DNA of 64,000 nucleotides from an uncultured Tenacibaculum sp. (GCA_964498665.1 CAZCHR010000001.1:1106-65105), one strand, 5' to 3'; counted from the first letter of the stretch, positions 9,277-19,203 are shown. Made by a program: numbers and translations. The notes: generated by a model from the letters alone, not told the origin.

Positions 9277-10908
9277 ATGAAACGTAGAAACTTTATAAAA
9301 TTAGCATCCACTGCATCAGCAATAGGTCTTATGCCTTTTGAACTAAGAGCAATGTTAAAAACCGTTGATATTGCTAATTGTGGTGATTTATCTAACAGAA
9401 AATTAGTTTTAATAAATTTAGCAGGTGGTAACGATGGATTAAACACTATTATTCCAATAAATATATACGATCAATACGCCAATTTAAGACCTACTTTAAA
9501 AATACCTGAATCTGGTAACAACGCATATATAAAACTAGACAATAGCTTAAATGATAATCAACAAATAGGGTTACACCCTGCTTTAACAGGTTTTAAATCT
9601 TTGTACGATGCCGGTACTTTACGAATCTTACAATCTGTAGGGTATCCTTCGCAAAATAAAAGTCATTTTGCTTCTAGAGATTTATACTCTACCGGTAACG
9701 ATGGAAATAATTGGGGTAATGGTAATAATTCTGGATGGATTGGACGATTCATAGAAAAACATTATTCTGATGATTTAAGCGAAAACTACCCTATGGGAGT
9801 TCAAATAGGCTCTAGTAAAACAGCCTTGGGTTTTCATGGTGAAGACGAACACGGTTTGTCAATTAATATTTCTGGTCAAGACCCAGCAGGTTTTTACACC
9901 AAATTAAATGGTTTAGGAGGAGAAGCACCAACCAACTTACCAGATTCTGATTTTGGTAAAGAACTCGATTATATTATCAATGTAAACTCTTTATCTAACA
10001 AATATTCTCAATCAATCTCAAACGCTTTTAACAATGGTAAAAATGATAAAACTTACGATGATACAGATTTATCAAACCAATTAAAAACTGTTGCTAGATT
10101 AATTAGCGGAGGCTTAAAATCTAAAATATACATGGTGCGTATTGGTGGATTTGATACTCATAATAGTCAAGTTCAAGGTAGCGGAGATATACAAGGAAAA
10201 CATTACGATTTACTTAACACTGTTTCTTCATCAGTTAAAAATTTTGTTGATGATTTAAAATCTCAAAACTTAGGAAATGATGTTGTTGGTTTAACTTATT
10301 CTGAATTTGGTAGAAAAGCAAAAGAGAATGGAAATTTCGGAACAGATCATGGAGAAATAGCTCCGATGTTTGTTTTTGGTGAACCTGTAAACGGAGGTGT
10401 ATCTGGTAATAATGTAGATTTATCTGAAGCAACTTCTAATAACAATTATCAAATAAAAACAGTTCAGTATGATTATCGTCAAACATTTGGTACGCTTTTA
10501 CAAGACTTTTTAGGCGCAAGTGATTTGGTAATTGATAACGCTTTTTTCAACAACACAACTAGTGAAAGTTTTACAAAATCGAAAATAAATGAACTTTTAA
10601 AAGATACACATTCTGTAGCTAAAAATTGTATCGCTCCAGTTGATCCTATTAAAACAAACAACGGTGATAAGGAGTGGACGTTATTTCCGAATCCTTTTAA
10701 AGAAATAATCTTCTTGAGTTCTAATACAGGTATTAAAAGCGGACAATACAAAGTAACAAGTGTTTCTGGTAAAATAGTTGGTCAGGGTAACTTTAATGAA
10801 GTTAATGGAAACATCAGTTTAAGTATTAAAAATTTATCATCAGGAGTATATATTATTCATATTTACTCAAACGTTCGTACCGAATTCCACAAAGTATTTC
10901 ATTTATAA
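9277..10908 (+). CDS. DUF1501 domain protein with Tat signal and C-terminal T9SS type A sorting domain
   Basis: MKRRNFIK; LAGGNDGLNT, SHF, GGFDTH, SEFGR, GTDHG; C-terminal LFPNPF...SGK...NLSSGVYII...KV. Confidence 0.9.
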   Translation: MKRRNFIKLASTASAIGLMPFELRAMLKTVDIANCGDLSNRKLVLINLAGGNDGLNTIIPINIYDQYANLRPTLKIPESGNNAYIKLDNSLNDNQQIGLHPALTGFKSLYDAGTLRILQSVGYPSQNKSHFASRDLYSTGNDGNNWGNGNNSGWIGRFIEKHYSDDLSENYPMGVQIGSSKTALGFHGEDEHGLSINISGQDPAGFYTKLNGLGGEAPTNLPDSDFGKELDYIINVNSLSNKYSQSISNAFNNGKNDKTYDDTDLSNQLKTVARLISGGLKSKIYMVRIGGFDTHNSQVQGSGDIQGKHYDLLNTVSSSVKNFVDDLKSQNLGNDVVGLTYSEFGRKAKENGNFGTDHGEIAPMFVFGEPVNGGVSGNNVDLSEATSNNNYQIKTVQYDYRQTFGTLLQDFLGASDLVIDNAFFNNTTSESFTKSKINELLKDTHSVAKNCIAPVDPIKTNNGDKEWTLFPNPFKEIIFLSSNTGIKSGQYKVTSVSGKIVGQGNFNEVNGNISLSIKNLSSGVYIIHIYSNVRTEFHKVFHL

Positions 10909-10976
10909 ATAGCATTTTAAAATATTAACTATAATCTAAAAAACTATCTGACTACCTTTGCAAAAAAAAAGAATCA

Positions 10977-12209
10977 ATGCAATTTTCAGAATTACCTCTT
11001 AATAACGCTATTTTAAAAGCACTTACAGAAGACAAATATCACAGACCTACATTGGTTCAAGAAAAAGTGATTCCTTTAGTGTTAGATCAAAAAGATGTAA
11101 TTGTTGCAGCACAAACAGGTACTGGTAAAACTGCTGCTTTTGCTTTACCAATTATACAACAGTTAGCAAAAGAACAAGATTCTGAAAAAGGAGGAAAAAA
11201 AATAAAAGCTTTAATAATTAGTCCTACGCGTGAGCTAGCGATACAAATAGAAGAAAGTTTTAAAACCTATTGTAAATACACTAATTTAAGAACTACAGCT
11301 GTTTTTGGTGGAATGTCTACCAAACCACAAAAAGATGTTTTAACTAAAGGAGTAGATATATTAATTGCAACTCCAGGACGTTTTATAGATTTACACAAAC
11401 AAGGAAGTATTGATTTACGCTTACTTAAAACCTTTGTTTTAGATGAAGCTGATTTAATGCTAGACATGGGTTTTATTAAAGATGTTAAAACTATTGAAGA
11501 ACTCTGTCCACGTAAAAAACAAACTTTATTATTTTCAGCAACAATGCCTGATAAGGTGAACGATTTAGCAAAATCAATGTTGCGAAATCCTGAAAAAGTA
11601 AATATTATTCCTACTGAAAAAACTGAAAACAATATTGGTCAACTTTTATACTATACGCCTAAAAAGAATAAAGTTGATTTATGCTTACACTTATTACGAA
11701 ACACAATTAATGGACGTATTATTATCTTTAGACGTACTAAGTTTGGTGTTGACAAACTTGAAAACACTTTACATAAAAATGGGTATAAAATAACTAGTAT
11801 ACATGGAGATAAAACACAAGCATTACGTAACGAAGCAATTGATCTTTTTAAAAACAATAAGGTTAATATTTTAATTGCTACTGATGTTGCAGCTCGTGGA
11901 ATTGACATTAGTAAAGTAGATGCTGTTATCAATGTTGATTTACCTAATGTGCCAGAAACATACGTACATAGAATTGGAAGAACTGGTAGAGCAGGAAAAT
12001 CTGGTATTGCTTTTTCATTATGTAGTGAGGATGAAACTTCATACATTAAAGCGATTCAAGAATACACAAAAAGACCTATAAAAATTATTGAAGACCATCC
12101 TTTTGCTTTAGTAAAACCAAAAAAGAAAAAACAACCAAACACAGTTAGTAAGCACAAAAAAGGACGTAAATCTGAAGCTTCTAAAAAAAATAAAAAACGC
12201 TGGTATTAA
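10977..12209 (+). CDS. DEAD-box RNA helicase (RhlE-like)
   Basis: AQTGTGKT, PTRELA, LDEAD, SAT, HRIGRTGR. Confidence 0.95.
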   Translation: MQFSELPLNNAILKALTEDKYHRPTLVQEKVIPLVLDQKDVIVAAQTGTGKTAAFALPIIQQLAKEQDSEKGGKKIKALIISPTRELAIQIEESFKTYCKYTNLRTTAVFGGMSTKPQKDVLTKGVDILIATPGRFIDLHKQGSIDLRLLKTFVLDEADLMLDMGFIKDVKTIEELCPRKKQTLLFSATMPDKVNDLAKSMLRNPEKVNIIPTEKTENNIGQLLYYTPKKNKVDLCLHLLRNTINGRIIIFRRTKFGVDKLENTLHKNGYKITSIHGDKTQALRNEAIDLFKNNKVNILIATDVAARGIDISKVDAVINVDLPNVPETYVHRIGRTGRAGKSGIAFSLCSEDETSYIKAIQEYTKRPIKIIEDHPFALVKPKKKKQPNTVSKHKKGRKSEASKKNKKRWY

Positions 12210-12227
12210 CCTTTAATATAAATTAAT

Positions 12228-12265
12228 AAAATGCTCCGATAACAAAATACTATCGGAGCATTTTT
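12228..12265 (+). terminator. Intrinsic terminator after DEAD-box helicase
   Basis: AAAATGCTCCGATA-loop-TATCGGAGCATTTTT. Confidence 0.85.
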
Positions 12266-12282
12266 CTTCAAATCAATTATTA

Positions 12283-12298
12283 ATCGTAATATTGCAAT
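12283..12298. promoter_or_regulatory. Candidate ArsR operator, copy 1
   Basis: Near-palindrome ATCGTAATATTGCAAT just upstream of the ArsR gene. Confidence 0.6.
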
Positions 12299-12312
12299 AT
12301 AAAAATTAAGCA

Positions 12313-12642
12313 ATGGGATTAACTAAATCTGAAATATTTACACCTCAACAAAACACAATTGCCAAAGTAGCAAAAGTCTTAGGACATCCTGCTAGAATTG
12401 CTATTCTGCAACATTTAGCAAAAATAAACTCATGTGTTTGTGGAGATTTAGTTACTGAAATAGGATTAGCACAACCAACTATTTCTCAACACTTAAAAGA
12501 ATTAAAAAACTTAAATATTATTAAAGGTAATATTGAAGGAACTAGTGTTTGTTATTGTATTGATGAAGAAAATTGGAAAGAAATAAAAACATTACTGTTC
12601 AATTTTTTAGATCTCGATATCAAATCATCTACTTGCGGTTAA
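12313..12642 (+). CDS. arsR: ArsR/SmtB family transcriptional repressor
   Basis: LGHPARIAI, SCVCGDL, QPTISQHLKELK, VCYC. Confidence 0.9.
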   Translation: MGLTKSEIFTPQQNTIAKVAKVLGHPARIAILQHLAKINSCVCGDLVTEIGLAQPTISQHLKELKNLNIIKGNIEGTSVCYCIDEENWKEIKTLLFNFLDLDIKSSTCG

Positions 12643-12662
12643 CAAAAAACTTAAACACAACA

Positions 12663-12678
12663 ATCGTAGTATTACGAT
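12663..12678. promoter_or_regulatory. Candidate ArsR operator, copy 2
   Basis: Near-palindrome ATCGTAGTATTACGAT between arsR and the next gene. Confidence 0.6.
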
Positions 12679-12694
12679 AAAAAACAAATAAATT

Positions 12695-13159
12695 ATGAAA
12701 TTATCAGAAATCAAAAATCATTTAGCTTCATTAAAAACGATTGCTTTTCAATTACCAAATGGCGATTTAGTACCGAATCACTTTCATGTAACTGAAGTAG
12801 GTAGAATAACTAAAAACTTTATTGATTGTGGTGGAACAGTAAGAAATGAAGAAGTTGTGAATTTTCAATTATGGGAAGCTAATGATTATGATCATAGATT
12901 ACACCCAGAGAAACTGGTTCATATTATTAAATTATCTGAGAAAACTTTAAATATCGCTGACTTAGAGATTGAAGTAGAGTACCAAGGAAGTACAATTGGT
13001 AAATACGGATTAGATTTCGATGGAAAAAACTTCTTATTAACCACTAAACAAACAGATTGTTTAGCAAAATCAGAATGTGGTATTCCACAAGAAAAACCAA
13101 AAATGAAACTATCTGAATTACAAAATCAATCTTGCGCTCCAAATTCTGGTTGTTGTTAA
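12695..13159 (+). CDS. DUF6428 family Cys-rich protein of ars clusters
   Basis: HFHVTEVG, FIDCGG, IEVEYQG, TDCLA, C-terminal CAPNSGCC. Confidence 0.8.
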   Translation: MKLSEIKNHLASLKTIAFQLPNGDLVPNHFHVTEVGRITKNFIDCGGTVRNEEVVNFQLWEANDYDHRLHPEKLVHIIKLSEKTLNIADLEIEVEYQGSTIGKYGLDFDGKNFLLTTKQTDCLAKSECGIPQEKPKMKLSELQNQSCAPNSGCC

Positions 13160-13171
13160 ATATCAAAAAAT

Positions 13172-13798
13172 ATGGAAACATTAAAAACAATACTTTTTCC
13201 TGAAATAACTGAAAACATTTTAAATCTAACGGATAAAACTTCTGAGGAAAGAAAACAAACACTTCAACCTCTTATAGATTATATTCAAGAAAAATTGAAT
13301 TCAAAGCAAGCAATTAACTTAAATTTTATTTGTACTCATAATTCTCGAAGAAGTCATTTATCTCAAGTTTGGGCACAAACAATTGCACATAATGTAAACA
13401 TCCCTAATTTATTTTGTTATTCAGGAGGTACAGAAACAACAGCAATGCATCCAAATTCGGTAAAAGCACTATCGAAAAGTGGATTTAAAATTCAACAATT
13501 ATCAGAAGATAAAAATCCTATTTATGGTATAAAATATGCAGGAGACAATCTACCTATAATTGGATTTTCTAAGAAATTTGACGATGACTTTAATCCAACT
13601 TCGAATTTTTGTGCAATTATTACATGCTCGCAAGCTGATGAAGGTTGTCCGTTTATATCTGGAGCCGAAAAAAGAATTCCTATTACTTTCGAAGATCCTA
13701 AAGTATACGATAATACACCTTTAGAAGAAGAAAAATATTTAGAACGCAGTTTACAAATTGCTTCCGAAATGCTATACGTATTCTCTTCAGTTAAGTAA
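13172..13798 (+). CDS. LMW phosphatase-family arsenate reductase-like protein
   Basis: FICTHNSRRS (CX5R), TCSQADEGCP, FEDP; ars context. Confidence 0.85.
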   Translation: METLKTILFPEITENILNLTDKTSEERKQTLQPLIDYIQEKLNSKQAINLNFICTHNSRRSHLSQVWAQTIAHNVNIPNLFCYSGGTETTAMHPNSVKALSKSGFKIQQLSEDKNPIYGIKYAGDNLPIIGFSKKFDDDFNPTSNFCAIITCSQADEGCPFISGAEKRIPITFEDPKVYDNTPLEEEKYLERSLQIASEMLYVFSSVK

Positions 13799-14428
13799 TT
13801 ACCCTTTAAATTTCATTGGTAAATGAACAACTTTTTTAGTTTCAAAAAAGTCTTCTTCATAAAAACTAGGTAAATCATAGATAGTAGCAGAAGTATATTT
13901 TGCTAACTCTTCAGACAAATCACCACCTTTTAAATACAGAATACCGTTTTTTAAATCGTGGTTTTGTTTTTTGTTTATTTTACCTTTTGTCCATCCAACA
14001 AAAGTTTCCATCTGTGCTACTGCTCTACTAACAATAAAATCGTAAGTATCTTTTACCTCTTCTACACGACCGTGCGTAGTTTTAACATTTTCCAACCCTA
14101 AGCCTTCAGCAACTTCGTTTACAACTTTTATCTTTTTACCAATAGAATCTACTAAATGAAATTGCACTTCGGGAAATAAAATTGCTAACGGAATTCCAGG
14201 AAAACCTCCTCCGGTACCAACATCCATTACCTTAGCTCCATCTTTAAACTCCATTACTTTAGCTATACCTAACGAATGTAATACATGACGTAAATACAAT
14301 TCATCGATATCTTTACGAGAAACAACATTAATTTTTAAATTCCAATCCTTATAAAGTTCTTGTAACTTAGAAAACTGTTCTATTTGAGTTTCTGTTAAAT
14401 TCGGAAAGTATTTCGTTATAATTTTCAT
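13799..14428 (-). CDS. rsmG: 16S rRNA m7G527 methyltransferase
   Basis: HVLHSL, DVGTGGGFPGIPLAI, SRAVA, LYLKG; start trimmed to ATG 14428. Confidence 0.95.
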   Translation of the reverse strand: MKIITKYFPNLTETQIEQFSKLQELYKDWNLKINVVSRKDIDELYLRHVLHSLGIAKVMEFKDGAKVMDVGTGGGFPGIPLAILFPEVQFHLVDSIGKKIKVVNEVAEGLGLENVKTTHGRVEEVKDTYDFIVSRAVAQMETFVGWTKGKINKKQNHDLKNGILYLKGGDLSEELAKYTSATIYDLPSFYEEDFFETKKVVHLPMKFKG

Positions 14429-14575
14429 GAAGTAAATTTTACGCTGCAAAAATAAAAAACAAATTGATAATAGCAGTTTATCTAACAAAAGATATATTTC
14501 TTGTTAAAAAAACACACATCAGCAATAACCATCGAGTAAAAACGTTTATTTTTGCGACTTATAATGAACAATATA

Positions 14576-15670
14576 ATGAAAACAGTAAACTTCTCTAGAA
14601 TAGATAAAGCTAAGTTTTTCAGAACTTTAAACAAACGAGTTAATACTTATTTTAAGGAGAATAATATAAAACGTACTGGTAATTGGAAGCTATACTCAAA
14701 AGCTATTATTATGTTTGCTATATTCATAATTCCTTTTGTAGTAATTTTAACTGTTGATATGTCTCAGTGGATTAAACTAGCACTTACCGTGTTAATGGGT
14801 ATAGGAATGGCTGGTATAGGAATGAATGTAATGCATGATGCTAACCACGAATCTTTTTCTAAAAGAAAATGGGTTAATAAATTAATGGGAAGCAGCATTT
14901 ATATTTTAGCGGGTAATGTTTACAACTGGAAAGTACAACACAATGTATTACATCATACATATACCAACATTAAAGAGCATGATGAGGATATTGATGCTGG
15001 TAGAATAATTCGTTTTTCTAAACATTCTCAATGGTTATGGATTCATAAATTTCAAAAATACTACTCAATTTTCTTATACGGACTATTAACAATTAATTGG
15101 GCTATTACTACCGATTTTAAACAAATGAGATCGTATTTAAAAAGAAAATTATCATATGGTGAATTTCCAAATCCAGCTACCGAGTGGACTAAATTAGTAA
15201 TCTCTAAAATAGCTTATTACTCACTTTGGTTAGTTTTACCAATTGCTATAATGAATATCGTTTGGTGGAAAGTATTAATAGGTTTTTTTGTAATGCATTA
15301 TACTGCTGGTATTATTCTAAGTGTTGTTTTTCAATTAGCACATATTGTACCGAAAACAGAAATGCCTTTACCAGATGAAAATGGTAATATGAAAAATACT
15401 TGGGCAATACATCAACTATACACAACAGCAAACTTCGCTCCTAAAAATTGGTTAATTAATTTTTATACAGGAGGGTTAAATCATCAAGTAGAACATCATA
15501 TTTTTCCACATATTTCTCATGTTCATTATAATAAATTAGCTAAAATTGTTAAAGATACAGCTAAGGAATTCAATCTTCCTTATAATGAATACAAAACAAC
15601 ACGAAAAGCTATTATAGAGCATTTTAATCATTTAGCTGAATTAGGAAAAAAACCATTAGAATTAGCATAA
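14576..15670 (+). CDS. Membrane fatty acid (acyl-CoA) desaturase
   Basis: His boxes HDANH, HNVLHH, QVEHH; start uncertain (14564 or 14576). Confidence 0.92.
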   Translation: MKTVNFSRIDKAKFFRTLNKRVNTYFKENNIKRTGNWKLYSKAIIMFAIFIIPFVVILTVDMSQWIKLALTVLMGIGMAGIGMNVMHDANHESFSKRKWVNKLMGSSIYILAGNVYNWKVQHNVLHHTYTNIKEHDEDIDAGRIIRFSKHSQWLWIHKFQKYYSIFLYGLLTINWAITTDFKQMRSYLKRKLSYGEFPNPATEWTKLVISKIAYYSLWLVLPIAIMNIVWWKVLIGFFVMHYTAGIILSVVFQLAHIVPKTEMPLPDENGNMKNTWAIHQLYTTANFAPKNWLINFYTGGLNHQVEHHIFPHISHVHYNKLAKIVKDTAKEFNLPYNEYKTTRKAIIEHFNHLAELGKKPLELA

Positions 15671-15695
15671 ACAACACACAACAATAAACAACACA

Positions 15696-16883
15696 ATGTC
15701 AAACGCATTATCAAACAGAATTAACAATTTACCAATATCTCAAACTTTAGCAATGGCTGCTAAAGCAAGAGAATTAAAAGGACAAGGTAAAGATATTATT
15801 AGTTTAAGCTTAGGAGAACCTGATTTTAACACTCCTGATTTTATTAAAGACGCTGCTATTGAAGCTGTGAACCAAGATTATAATTCATATACTCCTGTTG
15901 ATGGATATGTAGAATTAAAAGAAGCTATCTGCGAAAAATTTAAACGCGACAATGGTTTAACATACAAACCAAATCAAATTGTAGTTTCTACAGGAGCAAA
16001 ACAATCAATAGCTAACATTGCTCAAGTTTTATTAAATCCTGGCGATGAAGTTTTATTACCTGCACCATATTGGGTAAGTTACTCAGCAATTGCAATGCTT
16101 TGTGAAGCTAAGTTTACTGAAATTCCTTCTTCTATTGATACGGATTTTAAAATTACTCCAGCTCAATTAGAAGCAGCAATTACTCCAAAAACAAAAATGA
16201 TTTTCTTTAACTCACCAAACAATCCTAGTGGTTCTATTTATTCAGAAAAAGAATATAGAGCTTTGGCTAAAGTTTTAGAAAAGTATCCTGATATTTATAT
16301 TTTATCTGATGAAATATATGAACACATAAACTACGGAACAAAACCTTTCAGTTTTGCTGCTATCAAGAACATGTACGATCGTACTATTACTGTAAATGGT
16401 TTAGCAAAAGCATTTGCTATGACTGGTTGGAGAATTGGTTTTATTGGTGCTCCAGAATGGATTGCTAAAGCTTGTACTAAAATGCAAGGTCAAATTACAT
16501 CTGGTACTAATTGTATTGCTCAACGTGCTGCAATTACTGCTGTTTTAGCAGAACCAAGTAAAGTACAGTACATGGTAGATGAATTTAAAATACGTAGAGA
16601 TATTGTTTTAGATTTATTAGGAAATATCGAAGGTTTTAAATTAAATATTCCTGAAGGAGCATTTTACATTTTCCCAGATATCTCTGCTTTTTTCGGAAAA
16701 ACTATAAAAGGAAAAGAAATTAAAAACGCTAGCGATTTCTCTATGCTTTTATTAGAAGAAGCAAACGTAGCTACAGTTACTGGTGATGCTTTTGGTGCTC
16801 CAGCATGTATTCGTATGTCTTATGCAGCATCTGAATTACAATTGCGCGAAGCTGTAAAAAGAATTAAAGAAGTTTTAAGTTAA
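15696..16883 (+). CDS. PLP-dependent class I/II (aspartate) aminotransferase
   Basis: GEPDF, NSPNNPSG, DEIY, KAFAMTGWRIG. Confidence 0.93.
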   Translation: MSNALSNRINNLPISQTLAMAAKARELKGQGKDIISLSLGEPDFNTPDFIKDAAIEAVNQDYNSYTPVDGYVELKEAICEKFKRDNGLTYKPNQIVVSTGAKQSIANIAQVLLNPGDEVLLPAPYWVSYSAIAMLCEAKFTEIPSSIDTDFKITPAQLEAAITPKTKMIFFNSPNNPSGSIYSEKEYRALAKVLEKYPDIYILSDEIYEHINYGTKPFSFAAIKNMYDRTITVNGLAKAFAMTGWRIGFIGAPEWIAKACTKMQGQITSGTNCIAQRAAITAVLAEPSKVQYMVDEFKIRRDIVLDLLGNIEGFKLNIPEGAFYIFPDISAFFGKTIKGKEIKNASDFSMLLLEEANVATVTGDAFGAPACIRMSYAASELQLREAVKRIKEVLS

Positions 16884-16904
16884 AAACTCACTTTATCATA
16901 TTCT

Positions 16905-16938
16905 AAAATCTCATAACCTTTGGTTGTGAGATTTTTTT
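16905..16938 (+). terminator. Intrinsic terminator after aminotransferase
   Basis: AAAATCTCATAACC-ttt-GGTTGTGAGATTTTTTT. Confidence 0.85.
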
Positions 16939-16940
16939 AT

Positions 16941-17156
16941 TTAAAAAACAATTAACACTAAAGCAATAGCAAACATCGAAATTTTTAAAACAGTTGCTGT
17001 TTCACTATACAATTTAGCACGATTCTTTTTTAAACGATTCTTAATTCTAAATACTGATTGTGATTTAATTGACTGAATATTCTGTCTAATTTCTTGTTTA
17101 TAAGTTGAAGTTAAAATTCCTCTTTCTAAAACTAAAGTATTTACTGCTGATTTCAT
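16941..17156 (-). CDS. Small hypothetical protein with C-terminal membrane anchor
   Basis: 71-aa ORF filling an intergenic gap, hydrophobic C-terminus, ECF-like promoter upstream. Confidence 0.6.
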   Translation of the reverse strand: MKSAVNTLVLERGILTSTYKQEIRQNIQSIKSQSVFRIKNRLKKNRAKLYSETATVLKISMFAIALVLIVF

Positions 17157-17186
17157 AATTATTTGTTTAATTGATTACATCTATTC

Positions 17187-17212
17187 GACGTATATCAAAT
17201 AAAAATGTTACA
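17187..17212 (-). promoter_or_regulatory. ECF sigma-type promoter
   Basis: Minus strand TGTAAC-N16-CGTC, 30 nt upstream of ATG 17156. Confidence 0.6.
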
Positions 17213-17369
17213 TCAATTTCAAAACATAAAACACAAATAATCGACTAAAAAAACATACTAAAATTGTCAATAATACAGTAAAATCAGTTTACTGAAATCG
17301 ATTAAAAAACCAAAAACACAACTTCTTTTTACAAAAAATTTTAACAGTTTTTAACTAAAAAATTCAAAT

Positions 17370-17852
17370 TTAAAACGGCACTTTAATCAACTTTTTACGC
17401 TTTTTCTTCTTCAATTTTTTCAAATACAATACTTTTTTATCATAATCGATAAATGCTTTTCCGCTTTCTAAAATATCAGCGCCAATAATTCCATCAACTT
17501 TTTCAGCATCATGTTGAGTTAACGCTGTATTTACATGCGTTAAATCAAACAACACCAAATTACATTGATTAGTAGACCATTTACCAATCTTTAAAGAATT
17601 ATTATCAGACTTTTGAGTTTCCATATCAGTAGCTCCAGCCCCAGCTGCTTTCACTTCACTTTCTTCTGATATCAAATTAAAACGTTCAATTAAATCTATT
17701 CCTACACAAGAATTTGACGCGCCTGTATCTAAAATAAACCTTCCTTTAACACCGTTTATTTCTGCTTTAAGTTCTAAATGATTCGTTACCATTTTCTTAA
17801 GCTTTATTTTAATGTATTTCTTTTTTCGTAATACTTTTTTCAAACTTGCCAT
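17370..17852 (-). CDS. Retropepsin-like aspartic protease
   Basis: FILDTGASNS and DGIIGAD motifs; start at MASLKK. Confidence 0.88.
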   Translation of the reverse strand: MASLKKVLRKKKYIKIKLKKMVTNHLELKAEINGVKGRFILDTGASNSCVGIDLIERFNLISEESEVKAAGAGATDMETQKSDNNSLKIGKWSTNQCNLVLFDLTHVNTALTQHDAEKVDGIIGADILESGKAFIDYDKKVLYLKKLKKKKRKKLIKVPF

Positions 17853-17961
17853 TTCTTGTACTTTTGCTTGCTGTAAACAAAAATACGTCATTACAAACAA
17901 AGTAAAGTAATCTTTTATTATGATTACTAAGATTTGATTTGTAGCCAGAAACCTAACAAAA

Positions 17962-18726
17962 ATGATTACCGATACACATACGCATTTATATTCAGAACAG
18001 TTTGATGAAGACAGAAACGAAATGATACAACGAGCAAAAGACGCTGGAATTTCTCGTTTTTTTATTCCTGCAATCGACAGCTCTTACACACAAAGAATGC
18101 TCGATTTAGAAGAAAAATATCCAAACGATGTGTTTTTAATGATGGGTTTACACCCAACTTATGTAAAAGAAAATTACAAAGAAGAATTAGCACTTGTAAA
18201 AAACTGGATTGATAAGCGCAACTTTTATGCTATTGGAGAAATAGGTATTGATTTATATTGGGACAAAACTTTTATAAAAGAACAACAAGAAGCTTTTAGA
18301 ACTCAAATACAATGGGCAAAAGAAAAAAAATTACCAATAGTAATTCATTGTCGTGATGCTTTCGATGAAATTTTTGAAGTATTAGAATCTGAAAAAGGAG
18401 ATGATTTATTCGGTATTTTTCACTGTTTTACAGGAACTCTAGAACAAGCTAAAAAAGCTATTTCTTATAATATGAAATTAGGTATTGGTGGGGTTGCAAC
18501 TTTTAAAAATGGTAAAATTGATAAGTTTTTAAATGAGATTGATATCAAGCATATTGTTTTAGAAACAGATTCGCCCTATTTGGCTCCAACTCCATATCGA
18601 GGAAAACGTAATGAAAGTAGTTATATAACTCAAATAGTTGATAAATTAGTTGACATTTATGATTTAACTTTCGATGAAATTTCGGAAATTACTACACGAA
18701 ACTCAAAAGAAGTCTTTGGTGTCTAA
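17962..18726 (+). CDS. tatD: TatD family nuclease/hydrolase
   Basis: DTHTH, GLHP, AIGEIGID, IHCR, FHCF, LETDSPY. Confidence 0.93.
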   Translation: MITDTHTHLYSEQFDEDRNEMIQRAKDAGISRFFIPAIDSSYTQRMLDLEEKYPNDVFLMMGLHPTYVKENYKEELALVKNWIDKRNFYAIGEIGIDLYWDKTFIKEQQEAFRTQIQWAKEKKLPIVIHCRDAFDEIFEVLESEKGDDLFGIFHCFTGTLEQAKKAISYNMKLGIGGVATFKNGKIDKFLNEIDIKHIVLETDSPYLAPTPYRGKRNESSYITQIVDKLVDIYDLTFDEISEITTRNSKEVFGV

Positions 18727-19201
18727 TTTACAAACTACGTATTACAAAACTCCAATAGGTACAGCAAAAATTGTAGGTGATAAAAATGGAATACAATCCG
18801 TTTCTGTTTTAGATGATGATATTGAGACCTCAATTGAAATCCCTATTTATTTACAAGATTGCGTAACTCAATTAGATGAATATTTTACTGGTAATAGAAA
18901 AAAGTTTGATTTAAAACTAAATCCGCAAGGAACCACTTTTCAACAATCTGTTTGGAAAGAGTTATTAAATATTCCTTTTGGTAAAAGTAGAACGTATTTA
19001 GAACAAACCAAACAACTAGGTAATCCAAAAGCAATTCGTGCAGTAGCTTCAGCTAATGGTAAAAACCCTATATGGATTATTATCCCGTGTCATCGCGTTA
19101 TTGGTTCTGATGGTTCATTAACAGGATATGCTGGAGGAGTTTGGCGTAAAAAATGGTTACTAGAACACGAAAGTGGAAGTAAGCAACAAACACTTTTCTA
19201 A
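18719..19201 (+). CDS. ogt: Methylated-DNA-protein-cysteine methyltransferase
   Basis: GTTFQQSVW, RAVASANGKN, IPCHRV active site; probable GTG start overlapping tatD end. Confidence 0.92.
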   Translation: MSNLQTTYYKTPIGTAKIVGDKNGIQSVSVLDDDIETSIEIPIYLQDCVTQLDEYFTGNRKKFDLKLNPQGTTFQQSVWKELLNIPFGKSRTYLEQTKQLGNPKAIRAVASANGKNPIWIIIPCHRVIGSDGSLTGYAGGVWRKKWLLEHESGSKQQTLF

Positions 19202-19203
19202 AT

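Noticed and set aside
17370-17852. Retropepsin as a sign of a retroelement
   Set aside because: Stand-alone bacterial aspartic proteases of this type are common, and there is no RT or integrase nearby
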